Made by a program: the position numbers and the translations under genes | Assembly: GCA_963749155.1 (NCBI GenBank) | Contig: CAVVLO010000003.1 | Span: 416,001-480,000, forward strand | Reading direction: 5' to 3' | DNA from: an uncultured Armatimonadia bacterium | GTDB lineage: Bacteria > Armatimonadota > Zipacnadia > CAVVLO01 | DNA length: 64,000 nt | Shown: positions 43,736 to 54,905 of the stretch, piece after piece | How the letters are laid out: each line of letters begins with the position of its first letter | How positions within the stretch are numbered: the first letter of the stretch is position 1 | Notes under the pieces: model-generated | Told to the model about the DNA's origin: nothing | The model's input: the letters and a program-made list of their open reading frames with translations, nothing else | The model's database searches: none

Positions 43736-44719
43736 ATGAAGAACTTCGCTTTGAGAGTTTGGCTCTCTCTGCTGACAGGCTATGTCTTCCTGTACTTCGG
43801 GGAGCTTGTCTTTTGGGCAACGCCTGAGCGCGAAGGGATGGACCCTTTCGGCCTGGGCCTGACCTGGCTCTTGTACTCCTTTTTCGCGTATGTCTTCCTC
43901 TCGGTCGTAGCGTCCTTCCGAGCGCGCAACGTATGGGCGGTCTTCCTGGCTGGCGCAGTCTTCGGCTGGTTCGAGGAAGGGATTATCCTGCAGACGACCT
44001 ATGGAACCCCCGACTCGCCTTTCCCTTTCACCATCTCTTTTACCGCACTGGCCTGGCATGCGCTGATTGACGTCCTGATTGGCTGGTATCTGCTTCGCAG
44101 AGTGCTGTCCGAGAATCATCCAGGGCGAAGGATTGCGGTCGCTGCGCTCGTTGGCGCCTTCTACGGCTATTGGGCAATCTTCTGGTGGACCGAGCCTCCG
44201 GAACCTATGCGTCTGTTGCTTGAGGCCGGACAGAAAGACTTGCTCCTGCTACGGTTCGGAGCGTTTACACTCATAACCACGGCGCTGCTTGCCTGTGTTT
44301 TCTGGCTTTATGATCGGATGATGCCCTTCGTTTTCAGCCCCTCGAAATTCGAAAAGGGGTTTCTGGTAGCGGTGACCCTGGCCTATTTTGCCCTTGTAAC
44401 CGTGCCCGCCGCACCCAAAGCCCTGTGGGTGCTGCCTCCCTTATTGGGGCTGACCTTCCTGGCCCTCTACCGCAATCGTCGAGTCGAAGACCAGCCAGAT
44501 GCGATTGTTGCCTTTGCCCCAGCAGCCAGACCGGGGCGCTATCTGACCTTAATGATAATCCCAGTGGTCGCGACTTCAATCTACTTCGTGGCCCTGGCCG
44601 CCGACCTGCGCCTGCACACGAACCTCGTAGTTTTCTATACGACCACCGCCCTGGGCGCCGGGCTGTGGCTAGCAAGTGTAGTGGCGTTGCTCCTTCCCCG
44701 GAAGAAGGCAGTCACTTAG
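43736..44719 (+). CDS. Integral membrane protein (about 9-10 TM helices), function unknown
   Basis: Long hydrophobic segments; GAVFGWFEEG and ALAWHAL motifs. Confidence 0.75.
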   Translation: MKNFALRVWLSLLTGYVFLYFGELVFWATPEREGMDPFGLGLTWLLYSFFAYVFLSVVASFRARNVWAVFLAGAVFGWFEEGIILQTTYGTPDSPFPFTISFTALAWHALIDVLIGWYLLRRVLSENHPGRRIAVAALVGAFYGYWAIFWWTEPPEPMRLLLEAGQKDLLLLRFGAFTLITTALLACVFWLYDRMMPFVFSPSKFEKGFLVAVTLAYFALVTVPAAPKALWVLPPLLGLTFLALYRNRRVEDQPDAIVAFAPAARPGRYLTLMIIPVVATSIYFVALAADLRLHTNLVVFYTTTALGAGLWLASVVALLLPRKKAVT

Positions 44720-44771
44720 GCTCGCAGGAAGGCTTTCTCCTTTCGCGAATACGCACTTGGGGGTGGTAAGA

Positions 44772-45722
44772 ATGGCAACGAAACTCGAAGGGTTGCTGTG
44801 GAGGCCCACCTGGAACTCCGCGTTTGGCTGCCTCAAGGGCTGCCTCGACTATCTGGGGGCGGACCTCTCGCTGCCGTGGCTCTTTGGCGCGACAGGCCAC
44901 GCCTTCGCCATCAACATCCACAAGGAGCTGTGCCCGAGCGGCCCTACCGCCTGGGATTGGGAGGGTGGCGTCTTCGGCCTGGGCCACAACCTCGGCTATC
45001 ACATCTCCAGCCTCGAGACGGGCGACTTCTGGCATGAGCTGCGCAGCCGGCCTGGCTATGAGGCCAAGGTGAAATCCGCCTGGGCCTTCGCCAGAGGCAA
45101 CCTGGACGTCGGTCTTCCCGTCTTCTGGTGGGCGTTCAAGATCCCCGAATACTATGTCATCTATGGCTGGGACGAGGCCGGGCTGTACTATTCCGGTCCC
45201 CACGCCGAGGGAGGCGCCGGCCCGGAGCCCTGGCAAGGTCTGGACAGCGTCGGAGTATTCGCCGTGCAGCGCGTGGAGCCGGCCCCCCTCGAGCAGCAGG
45301 TGCTGGCGGGACTGAAACAGGGGCTGGCCTTTGCGGACTTGCAGGCCCGGGGAGATTACGCCCACGGCTTTCAGGCTTTCGCGATGTGGGCCGAGGCGCT
45401 GGAGGAGGGCGTCGCCAGCAAGGACGGCCATTTCTACAATGGCGCCTGCTGGGCAGAGGCGCGCCGCGCGGGAGCTGACTTCCTCAAAGAGGCTGGCTCG
45501 AAGCTGCCTGGCCTTGCGGACGAACAGTTCCAGGCCGCCTCAGCCGCCTATCACCAGGTGGGAGCGCTGCTCCAGCGCGCCACCGACCTCGTGCCTTTCC
45601 AAGCCACCTGGGACGAGGCCATCAAGCTGCCCGAGGGGGCAGCGCTCCTCCGCGAGGCAGCGCAGGCTGAAGCCCGAGCGGTCTCCCTCCTCAGCGAGCT
45701 GGTCTACAAGCTGGAGGACTAA
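44772..45722 (+). CDS. Hypothetical protein, BtrH N-terminal/papain-like fold candidate
   Basis: GCLKGCLDYLG...WLFGATGHAF, GLPV..W...EYYVIYGWD pattern followed by a helical C-terminus. Confidence 0.55.
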   Translation: MATKLEGLLWRPTWNSAFGCLKGCLDYLGADLSLPWLFGATGHAFAINIHKELCPSGPTAWDWEGGVFGLGHNLGYHISSLETGDFWHELRSRPGYEAKVKSAWAFARGNLDVGLPVFWWAFKIPEYYVIYGWDEAGLYYSGPHAEGGAGPEPWQGLDSVGVFAVQRVEPAPLEQQVLAGLKQGLAFADLQARGDYAHGFQAFAMWAEALEEGVASKDGHFYNGACWAEARRAGADFLKEAGSKLPGLADEQFQAASAAYHQVGALLQRATDLVPFQATWDEAIKLPEGAALLREAAQAEARAVSLLSELVYKLED

Positions 45723-45793
45723 AAGTCTTAACCCAAAGCAAAGCCCCGACCTCAGGGGGACGGCCGGGGCGAGAAAGGCAGTGGGACGGGCGG

Positions 45794-46730
45794 CTAGTGC
45801 TTGGCTCGTCTGCGCAGCAGGACTGCCGCCAAGGCTAGCACGAGTAGGCCACAAGCCACCACGATCGAGAGATGTATCAAGTGCGGTCGCTTAGGGGGAG
45901 GACAAGCGCCGAAGTTCGCAGAAGCATCCTCAAAGACGATGGCGCCAGCGCCGGCATCGACCTCCAGTATTGATGGGAAGGCAGCGCTATACTCGACTTC
46001 GTCGGAGAGGTCGTAGACCAGCTCATAGACCAGTTGCCCCTCAGCATTCACAACGAGGCTGCACGTCGGTGTGTAGTCGCCCAAGTCAGGATACTCTGTT
46101 TCAGCTACACTGATCGCATCTTCGGCCGTGAGGGTGGGCTCCTGTGTTGCCAACCCCGAAGGCAGGGCGTCGAACCGCTGGTAGTTCACCAGGCAGCCCG
46201 ACTCCAGCGACACCCCGACATCGCATCCGCCAAGGTGCGTGTCGGCTCCACTCGCCAGTTGGGGATGGAAGCTGTAGGTCTGCCAGTCCTCCTCGGCACG
46301 GCTGAGGATGTCCCATTGGAAGCTGGAGTAGCCGGGCAACTTGGCGGAGGCAAACTGCACCGCGAGGGCCTGCCCTTGCACCTCGCTGATCGGGTTGTTG
46401 GGCGCCGATGAGTTGACCGAGGGCACATCCTCCCAGTAAGTAACGAACACTACATAGGGGGGACTACCATCTAGCAGGACATAGTCGGTCTTGGTGCTGC
46501 CCGGGCCGGTTTCCACCCAAGCATCGTGACTGGCGGTCTCGCTCAAGCGCCCAACTGTCCAGGTGCCTTCGTCGTCCTCGGTGGTGACTACGTCCAGCGA
46601 CTGGTTCCCTTCGAAGTCACGGACAGCCTGGATAGCGGCGGACGCAGTCATAGCCGAGCCAGGCACGCAGAGCACCGTCTGCACTAAGAGGAGTACGAGG
46701 AAGGGTGCGATGGCTGTGAGACCTTCTCAT
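45794..46730 (-). CDS. Secreted, C-terminally membrane-anchored protein with PepSY-like repeats
   Basis: ATG overlaps the upstream stop (ATGA); 1-nt indel restores signal MRGLTAIAPFLVLLLVQ; ISEVQGQALAVQFA, PTLTAEDAISVA...LVYEL...VDAGAGAIV; TM plus RRRAKH tail. Confidence 0.65.
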
Positions 46731-48567
46731 TGAGAAACACCTCCGGTGAACATGGGTTGGCCATGCGATGGAACTAGCGTTGCGGTTTTCGAGCCATACG
46801 CAAAGAAATAGCCGACGCCTGGGTGCGTCTTGTTCCAGTAGAGACCTGCTTGCTTCAGTTGTCCCCGTACGATGCCGTGCAGAGCATACAGCGGTACTGG
46901 AACCCCCCGCGTTGCGTAGGCTTTCTTTAATTCATTCGTGAACAACTTGGCGTATGTATCTGCACTGACAATCCTTACTTTCCAGTCCATCCCTGCTGCC
47001 ACTGCAAAAACGCCAGGATTGTGCGTAACGATACTCTCTGTGAAGAGCCGACCACGGCAACAGAGCACTAACGCCAGTTGCAGGTGCCCGTCAGGCACTT
47101 CGCCAGAGCTAAGGCGTGCCTCTTCTGACTCGGAACTGTCCAACAATATCTGCCCCGCCCCACCATGACCTCGGTAGATCCACACGTCGCTATTCGCTAA
47201 CGTCTCAATGACGCTATCCTTGCCTATATCGCCAGTATCTGAACACGCCCCTACGAGATCAGAACCTGTCGACAACCATCTCCCGCGATAGAGCCACCAA
47301 CTCGGCGCGGCGGGGTCCTTGAGCGCCCCGAAGCGAGCGCAGAGCTCGGAGTCTATGTTGTCGTATGGCACATAGCCCGGGCTGTCATGCTGCAGTGAGG
47401 CAACCGTGGGCACATGAGCGGTCCAGCCTCGTGCGATACACCACCTAGCCGTGTGGCTGCGGTACCTCTCGGGGTGGTTGTCAAGGATGGCCACGCCCAG
47501 GTAATGGGTGTCGGACACGCCGATCGACAGGCTTGCTCCTTCTTTCTCGTTGCTGCCCAGGACCGCTGTTCCGCCTGTGATTGTGTTGCGTAGTGAGATG
47601 TCCGGTGAGGAGGTTGTCGGCCCGAAGAACTCGAACTTCGCTGAGCTGCCGTTGGTGACTGCGATTTCGTAGGTGGCGTCCGCGGTTGCCGTGCAGTCGT
47701 TGGTGCTTGAACTGATGCCCGTGACCTCTACTGCGTCACACTCCACCGAAGGATCACCATCACACCACACGCCTGAGGTGTATGCTGTATATGCGGTCGC
47801 TTGGACATCGAAAGCATAGACGCCTCTGGCAGGTTTCGGGTTGCCTGAATGGGCCTGGTCCAAGGCAATGTCCATTGAGTCTGATGCACCCGCGAGAGTC
47901 TTGGTGACCGTCCAAGGCCCGGATTGGCCTGGGTTGGCGCCAAAGTTCCACAGCCATACCGCGTAGGTGATGGTGTCACGCGAATCCCCATACGGGTGCG
48001 CTGTGATGGCCGCATGGATCACCGGAGCCTCATCGTCCTGCACCACTACAAAGTTCCGAGAGTTGGTCGCAGTATCATAGGCGTCTGTGACTACGAGGTT
48101 GTTGACTACGAAGGGGCGATCCTCTATGCAACCATCACCCTCCTCGACGATATGGCCCATCTCCCAGCGGTGCCACTGATAATTGAATGTGAACTGCCAA
48201 TCCCCATTGTGAAAAACGCTACTCGTAAACTGGAAGTCCCAATTGATCCACATATTCGGGAAGAAGCCGGTGCTGGACATCTGGCCTTGATTCTGCGTCC
48301 AGTCCTGCTCCTGCCCGTCATAGCCGGGCTGTTCCGCGTGGAGCGTGATGTCGGAGTAAGTGTAGTTCCAGCTGTACGGGAAGGTGATTCGGAGATACGC
48401 CACACCGACGGCCTCCTCACCAGTGCTTGGGTTGCGTGCCAGGTCGAGGACATCCGAGGTCGGCGGATAAAGTGGGGCGCTCCAGGCTACCCCCCCCCCC
48501 CCGTGAGGACGAGAAGGGCCAGCGCTAGCGCTAACCCTGTGAGACTGACTAACCGCTTTGCTTGCAT
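46727..48567 (-). CDS. Secreted protein with beta-rich N-terminal region and C-terminal His-Gly/Cys (caspase/gingipain clan CD-like) domain; signal peptide out of frame at the G13 tract
   Basis: GGAGGT RBS, ATG at 48567 gives MQAKRLVSLTGLALALALLVLTGGG; C-terminal DVWIYRGHGG...LQLALVLCCRG. Confidence 0.6.
48490..48502 (-). repeat. G13 homopolymer within signal-peptide coding sequence (candidate phase-variation tract)
   Basis: 13 C on the + strand; G13 reads into TAG, G11 or G14 fuses to VAWSAPLYPP. Confidence 0.6.
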
Positions 48568-48798
48568 TGTCCACCTCCACTAGTTTGTGAGACTGTGGGT
48601 CGGGTGTGACTGCGAGTCAGATGGGTCTGTCAGTATCCAGTATACCACTTGCTCCCCAAAGCGCAAGGCGGTTCTTTGTTAAATTATATCGAGCATCCAG
48701 ATAACACCCGACTCCGCTACAAGGTTCCTTTTCAACAATACCAGAAGACTTAAGGTCCTTGTTACGAGACCTAGGCCCAGGCCTTGGCATCTGCTAAC

Positions 48799-50057
48799 TT
48801 ATTCCGTCACATTCCCCAGTAGCTGCACCTGGCCGGTGGACTCGTTGGTGATCGTCTCGCCGTAGCGGAAGCGGTTGCCCATAAAGACAGCGCTGGTGAG
48901 GTTCGGGCCGAGGTGGGCGACAGGCGCTTCGTCCATAAAGTCGCACCCCTGCACGATTACACTGCCGGCGTTCGCCTCGATACAGGGCTTGGTCTTCGCC
49001 CAGTTGATGAAATGGCAGGTGGAGAAGAAGACCGTCCCCGAGCCGTTCAGGACCGCATGGCTGCCTGAGCCAGACTCGTACCAGAAGCCGCAGTTGGAGA
49101 ACTTCACCGGGCCGGAGTTGTCCGGGCTTGTCTCGATGCCGCTCATAAACTGGCAGTTCTCGAAGGCGATGCCCGCGTGAGACTGCACCTCGTCCACCTT
49201 CACGGCCAGCGGGCCGATGTCAGCGCCGCTCTGGGTGATGACCATATTGCCCGTCCCGCCCACTCGGGTGTCGGTCTTGATGAAGTGGAAACCCACCTTC
49301 GCCCAGATGACGAAGCAACCGGACATATATTCCCAGTCGGTGCGGCCGATTATGAAGCCGGTGAGATGCTTGGGCGTCCAGGCGTTGAGTTCTTCAATCT
49401 GCTCCGGAGTAAAAGTGTACGGCGCGCTGACCCGCCACCAGTAGACATTGTGGATATGGACGTTCTCGATGCGCCCGATATCGGTGCATTGGTCCACGTA
49501 GACGCCCTTGTTAAGCGCGCACATATAGACATTGCGCAAGTGATGGCCTTCGTTGTGGAAGCTGCCGCAATCTACGCCATTCCACGAGTTGACGAGGGTG
49601 CAGTCAATCACATTGTAATGTTGCCCGCGCCCCTGGATGGTCCAGGGATAGGGATGGATGTCTCGGCTGTTCTGCTCGGGATAGAAAATAGTCAGCCCCT
49701 TCAAGGTGCTGCTGGTCTGCAGGCTGATTAGAGGCGCGCTGTCCTCCGCATCGCGCCCGGCATAGGCGAGCAGGACGCTGCCCTTGTCGAGGTGCGAGGT
49801 ATGGGGCCCTTGCCAGACTCCTTCGAGAGTGACGCCGACGGGGATGGTAAGGGTACCGTCGAGCCGGTACTGGCCGGGCGGCACGATGACAGGCGCGCCG
49901 GGTCTCCGGCCCAGTCGAGGGTCTTCTGAAAGGCGGCGGTGCAGTCGGTCGTCGCATCGCCCTTCGCGCCGAAATCGAGCACATTAAAGCTGGTCGCCTG
50001 GGCGCAGGCAAAGCCTGCCAGCAGCAAAACAAGCAGCGCGCAGAATATCGGTTGCAT
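48799..50057 (-). CDS. Secreted right-handed beta-helix protein (pectate lyase 3 / GH28-related / GH55-like), frameshift near 49890
   Basis: Signal peptide; FNVLDFGAKGDATTDCTAAFQ, VPPGQYRL, beta-helix-type repeats. Confidence 0.8.
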
Positions 50058-50132
50058 AAGAGAAGCCTCCCCCTGATGAGTATCCAGGGAGAGACTTCTC
50101 CTAGAATCAGAGGCTGTCCTGCCTGGCTCCCT

Positions 50133-51786
50133 TTAGCGAGGCGCGCTGATTCTCATACCGAAGCTCTGCAAGCCCAGCTTCATCGTAACAAGCTCCGCCA
50201 CGACAGTAGCTGACGCGAGCTCGCTTGCCGGTCTTACGACAACCAGAGGGGTAATCGTCTGGCCGGCCGAAGGAACGAACTCGAGGGTCACCGGCGTGTC
50301 AGGCGGCAAGCCGAATACGATAACCGTCAGGGGCACCGCGGCTCCAGGCGTGGTGACCTCCGGACAATCGAGGATATACCCCCAGGCTGGCACTGTGGCA
50401 GTGAAGGTCTCCCCGGTCGGAGAGGTGACTTCGATGTCGCAGGTGTCGCCCTCTGGTTGCGGGATGTCGGTGCCGGAGAAGGCAAGCTCTTCGCCACAAC
50501 TGGCAACCGGAGTGACTGGGGTGCCCTCGACAGTGACGTCATAGTCTCCGGGGCCATACTCCTCGGGCGGTCTCATCCAATCGGGCAGCCTCAGCGTCTC
50601 GTGCGCCCGCCCGTTGAGTAAGTCACACAGCCCGTCGATTAGTGGATTTGTGAAGTCTTGTCCAAGCGATACCCCAAAGTCGCACGCATTTGCAATCAGC
50701 CTGCGCCCAGGCGCGGATACCGTCACAATATCGGGTGAGAGGCCCTCAGGCAGCTTTAGAGAGATATGGTCGCCATGACCGACGTAATCAGACCCGTCAG
50801 GTGGCCGCACTCGCTCGCCAGTCGGATCGAGAGCTATCTCGTGATCCTCTCCACCGATGGCTGTGATGGTTATGGTCTCAGCCTCGCACATATATTCGCG
50901 GTTGATTTTTACTTCGTCATCGATCGCGGTGAAGGTGACCGTGCTGGTCTGGTGACCGCGCTCGCGCTCGCGCTTCTCTTCTTCTTCCAGCTCCTTGCTC
51001 ATATGCGCGCGACGCTTGGCGCCCGTCTCTCTGGTGGCTTCTTTTAGGAACTGACGTATCTCTTCGATGAGCTCCAGCATCCCCTCATCGTCATTGGCCT
51101 CTTTCATCTTGTAGAGGCGGTCCACCATATCCTTGAGTTGTTTCATCGCCTCGGTGCTGATGTCGGGGATGCCGGTGTCATCCGTGTGGGCGGCCATGTA
51201 CTCGAGGATCTTGTCGAGTAGCTCCTGCACGTCAGCGCACATCCAGGCGGACTCCAAATACCAACAGAAGGCTTTCTCCGGTCGCCAGCCATCCCAGCCG
51301 CCGTGTTCGACCAGGTCCATTAGCGCCAGGTAGAGCTGATCCAGCCCCATCCCTGGCAGCATTGGCGGGTCGTCGGCCTTCCGCAGTTTCTTGGCCAGCA
51401 GCAGCAGGTCCATCAGGTCGTTGAACCGTCCGACCGAATCCTTGGACCAGCCCTTCTCCTTGCCTATGGCTCCGACCAGTTCATCGATACCAGGAGGCGG
51501 AGGCAGGCACTCGCGCACAGCGGTAACGGCCCACTTCAGGGCGTTGCGTTTTTGCTTGAGCGCCTCCTTCTTGTCACCCGCCTGGATTGCGGCCACAGCT
51601 TTATCGGTTGCCTCAGCCGCGTTGCGTAAAGCGTTATTCTGGCTCACTGTCTGAGTGGATTGTTGACCGTCGCGGAACTTCTGCGCGGCGCCTTGCAGGT
51701 CTTCAACTTCACCAGCCAGGGCAACGAAGGCGAATACAACCAGTAAAACGGGGACATAGAACTCGCAGCAGATGTGGAGTTGTCAC
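50133..51786 (-). CDS. Secreted hypothetical protein: helical N-half plus Ig-like C-terminal domains (paralogue A)
   Basis: Frame extends upstream of 51647; one indel near 51752 joins a GTG start and signal peptide (VLLVVFAFVALA-GEVEDLQ). Confidence 0.7.
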
Positions 51787-51908
51787 AACAGCCACCCCCC
51801 AATGGTGTGCTTTGTGCGTCTCTAGTTATAGCTTATCACTACTTTCGCCCAAGGCAAAACCGGGCCGACCGGAGCCGACCCGGCTGGCAGGACTGGATTA
51901 GGACCGGG

Positions 51909-53042
51909 CTAGTCGAGTTCCCAATTGACCACCCAGGTATGGCCTGGCTCGCTTTCCGTATCGGTAGTGACCAGGGTAGTGGCAGTGGCTGTGTAGGTGT
52001 AGTTTCGAAGGGTTCCGAAATTGATGGTCATACTGCCCGATTCGCCACCGAACTGGCCATATTCGCCACCACACCATGCTGGGTTATACCTGCTGGCCTC
52101 GACGGATCCATCGGCAAAAAACAGGATGCCCTGCCCAGTAATGCCGACCGGCCAGTCAAAATAATCCGACAGGCTTGCCGGTGCAGCATCACGGGTGCAG
52201 CCAACGGCATACCACCAGGTACACAGAGCAGGATCCTGGGGATCGTTTTCCCAACCATATCCAAGCAGTGACAGCTCTATCGTATCGCCGCTCTTACTGA
52301 GGAAAGTAAGATGGGCTCCACCCATATCACTGATTGCGCGGATCTGATCTGATAGCGCAGGACTTTCTACTACGCCATCAACCAGCAACTGTTGCCCCTG
52401 ACACCACCAGGTGCCAGTGCCTCGCCTTAGAATCTGATGGTCATCAAGCTCCCGGAAGAATCCCATGCCGCCTACTCTTGGCTGAAGCACCACCTGATCA
52501 GTTCCGGCGGGTGAACCTAAAATGGTCGTTATAGGCACAAGTGTACCGTTAACCCAGGCCTGAGACACATACCAGGAACGCATTACTGTGGGATCTCGCT
52601 CGGTCAGTTCAGCGATGCGCACGAAGCGCAGCAATACAGGATCCTCATCGTCATTGATAAAGTTGACATCCAGCACATAGCCGTAGCTGAAGTAGTCGAA
52701 CTCAATCAGATCGTCAAACTGAACCCAACCTTCTTGATCCATACCGAACCAGGTGCCTTCGCCAGTTTCTACGACACCCTCATTCACATCAAGGAAGTTT
52801 TGGGTTGCAGTCTCATCAGCTCTGAATTCGAGGGTCATATGAGTCGCGCCAAGTGGGAAGTCCATCCCATTGTATACAGGGGTCACGACTCCATCTACTT
52901 CCATATAGACGGGCATCCACACACCGAAGACGGTACTGTCGGGCTCCAGATCATCGCCCCCACCACCGCCCCCTCCCCCACAACCGGCAACAAGCAAACC
53001 GGCTACACCGAGTACAGCAAGCAACCACACAACTCGCCTCAT
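51909..53042 (-). CDS. Lipoprotein with three lipocalin-like repeats
   Basis: Lipobox LVAG-C, poly-Gly linker, repeats beginning GVWMPVYMEVDG, RSWYVSQAWVNG, TWWYAVGCTRDA. Confidence 0.7.
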   Translation of the reverse strand: MRRVVWLLAVLGVAGLLVAGCGGGGGGGGDDLEPDSTVFGVWMPVYMEVDGVVTPVYNGMDFPLGATHMTLEFRADETATQNFLDVNEGVVETGEGTWFGMDQEGWVQFDDLIEFDYFSYGYVLDVNFINDDEDPVLLRFVRIAELTERDPTVMRSWYVSQAWVNGTLVPITTILGSPAGTDQVVLQPRVGGMGFFRELDDHQILRRGTGTWWCQGQQLLVDGVVESPALSDQIRAISDMGGAHLTFLSKSGDTIELSLLGYGWENDPQDPALCTWWYAVGCTRDAAPASLSDYFDWPVGITGQGILFFADGSVEASRYNPAWCGGEYGQFGGESGSMTINFGTLRNYTYTATATTLVTTDTESEPGHTWVVNWELD

Positions 53043-53097
53043 CAGGACCACCTCAGTATAGTTTTTACACGGCCTCTCAGATCAACCGGACCGCCAG

Positions 53098-54737
53098 CTA
53101 GTGCGCATCAACCGGCAATTCGAATCCCACTGCTACTCCAAAGTGCTGCTCGCCAAGCTTGCTGGTCGTAAATAGAGCTACCTCGAGCCCTGTAAGCAAC
53201 TGGGAGGCAGGTAGCTGAACCTCAAGGGGAGTAATCCGCTGACCCTCTCGCGGGAAGAAGCGGATGGTTACCAAAGCCGAGGGGGGCAGCCCGTACAGAA
53301 AGGCCCGGATGGGCACCGAATAGCCTGGCGTCGTGACTCGAGGACACTCGACTACATAGCTCCAGGCAGGCAACTCACCGGTAAGCTGCAAACCCTCTGG
53401 ACCTCGACCTCGACCGGAAGTGTGCCATCCAAGGGCAGAGGCAGGTCACTTGCGCTTAAGAGCAGCTCTCCCTGGCGCGCTCCTATCAAACGCGCCTCCT
53501 GCCCTCCAACGCGCACAGTGCCCGCCCCGACTTGCCACGGTGTGCCCTCTGGCAATCTTAAAGTGCCAGGAAATTGCCACCGTAAACATGGGCCCAGCCC
53601 CTGATTATGCCCAGCTCAGAAGCAACTGCTCCTGTCGCAACGCGCGTCAGTTCAAGCCTGCCTCCATGACAGGGAAAGCTGAGCTTTCCGATTGCAGGCT
53701 CCTGGGCGAGGGTAACGGTGAAGAAGCCTGATTCGCTCTTGATATCCAAAAGCGAGCAAGCAGTACAGAGGAGCTTACCCTCAGAATCGTAGCACTCGAG
53801 GCTATTCAAACCCTCTCTAAACTCTTCCGCAAGGGTAATCTGCCCCTCAAGCGAGCTGAAGTCTGCCTGGATAAGGAAATCATCCACCGGGGGCAAGCCC
53901 CGCTTCTTGCGACGCTCTGTGGTGGCTTGCTCGCGTTCCTTCCAGAGCAGGCTTCGGATTTCCTGACCTTTCCTATGGATTTCTTCCAGCTCTACGCCAG
54001 GCTTCTGCTTAAGCGCATACAGCTCAATCAGCAGAGCCGTAAGTTTCTTGCGCCCTTCGGCGCTCAGCGCTGGAATCCCTTCCTCCTTGTCACCGGCCAT
54101 ATACTCGATCAAAGCTAACAGTAAATCAGCCACATCGAGACAATTGACCGCAGCCATCACCGCGCTGCCAAAAGCACTCTCAATTTCCTGATCTGGAGTG
54201 GTTATCCGTACTGTCGAAAGGACAGAATTAAAAGCGCGTATGATGCGCAGTATCGCTTCCTGGACCCATTTAGCGTCTGGATAGGTCTTGCTGGTTGCTT
54301 TACTCTTGACAGCAAGTTCCATAAGCTTTTTCAACCGGTCCACGCCGCGGGTCCAAGTTGCTTGGCTTTTTCAAGGGACTTGGCGAGTGTCAGCCATTCG
54401 GGGGGAGGGTCGAGGCACTTCATAACAGCCTTGTAGCAGCTCGCTCAAAGCCATTTTTTTGTATGCCTGAAGCTCTTCATTTTCCCGGCTGCCTGGCTTT
54501 GGTTCGGTTTTTGCCAGCTTGACGGCCTCTTTCAACTGCTCGATGGCCTGCTCAAATGTATTTCTGATCAGACTTCGCCCCATCGAGGTCAGTAGAGGTG
54601 GACAGGGCATCGGCCTTCTTCTGCAGCGAATCTACAAGCTTCTGAAGCTCTTCCTGTTCGGAGGCGAGGGCAAAGCCCGCGAAGCAAAAGGATAAAAGAC
54701 ACAGCCAAAGCAAGCAGCTCGAGAAGGCAAGTCGCAA
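53098..54737 (-). CDS. Secreted hypothetical protein, paralogue B of 50133..51786 (at least four frameshifts)
   Basis: GGAGGGG RBS plus TTG; signal ...FALA-SEQEELQ; shared motifs C.DV..LL....EYMA....GIP and PAW.Y...CP.VTTPG..VP. Confidence 0.65.
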
Positions 54738-54905
54738 GAATACCCCTCCCGCATATCGGTATGGGACGTCCTGAGACAAAGGTGCCGTTATTCCTTTAAA
54801 CAAGCAGCGCAGGTTTCCTGCATAAGGGCTTGAACTTTTCACTCATCGGAGTAACGTCACGCCCGGCTGACAAGCTGTGAGCAAAACTTTCTGGAGGACT
54901 GCCAA

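Noticed and set aside
45743..45770. GCCCCG...CGGGGC hairpin between convergent genes
   Set aside because: Imperfect stem with a long loop and no clear T-tract; too weak to call
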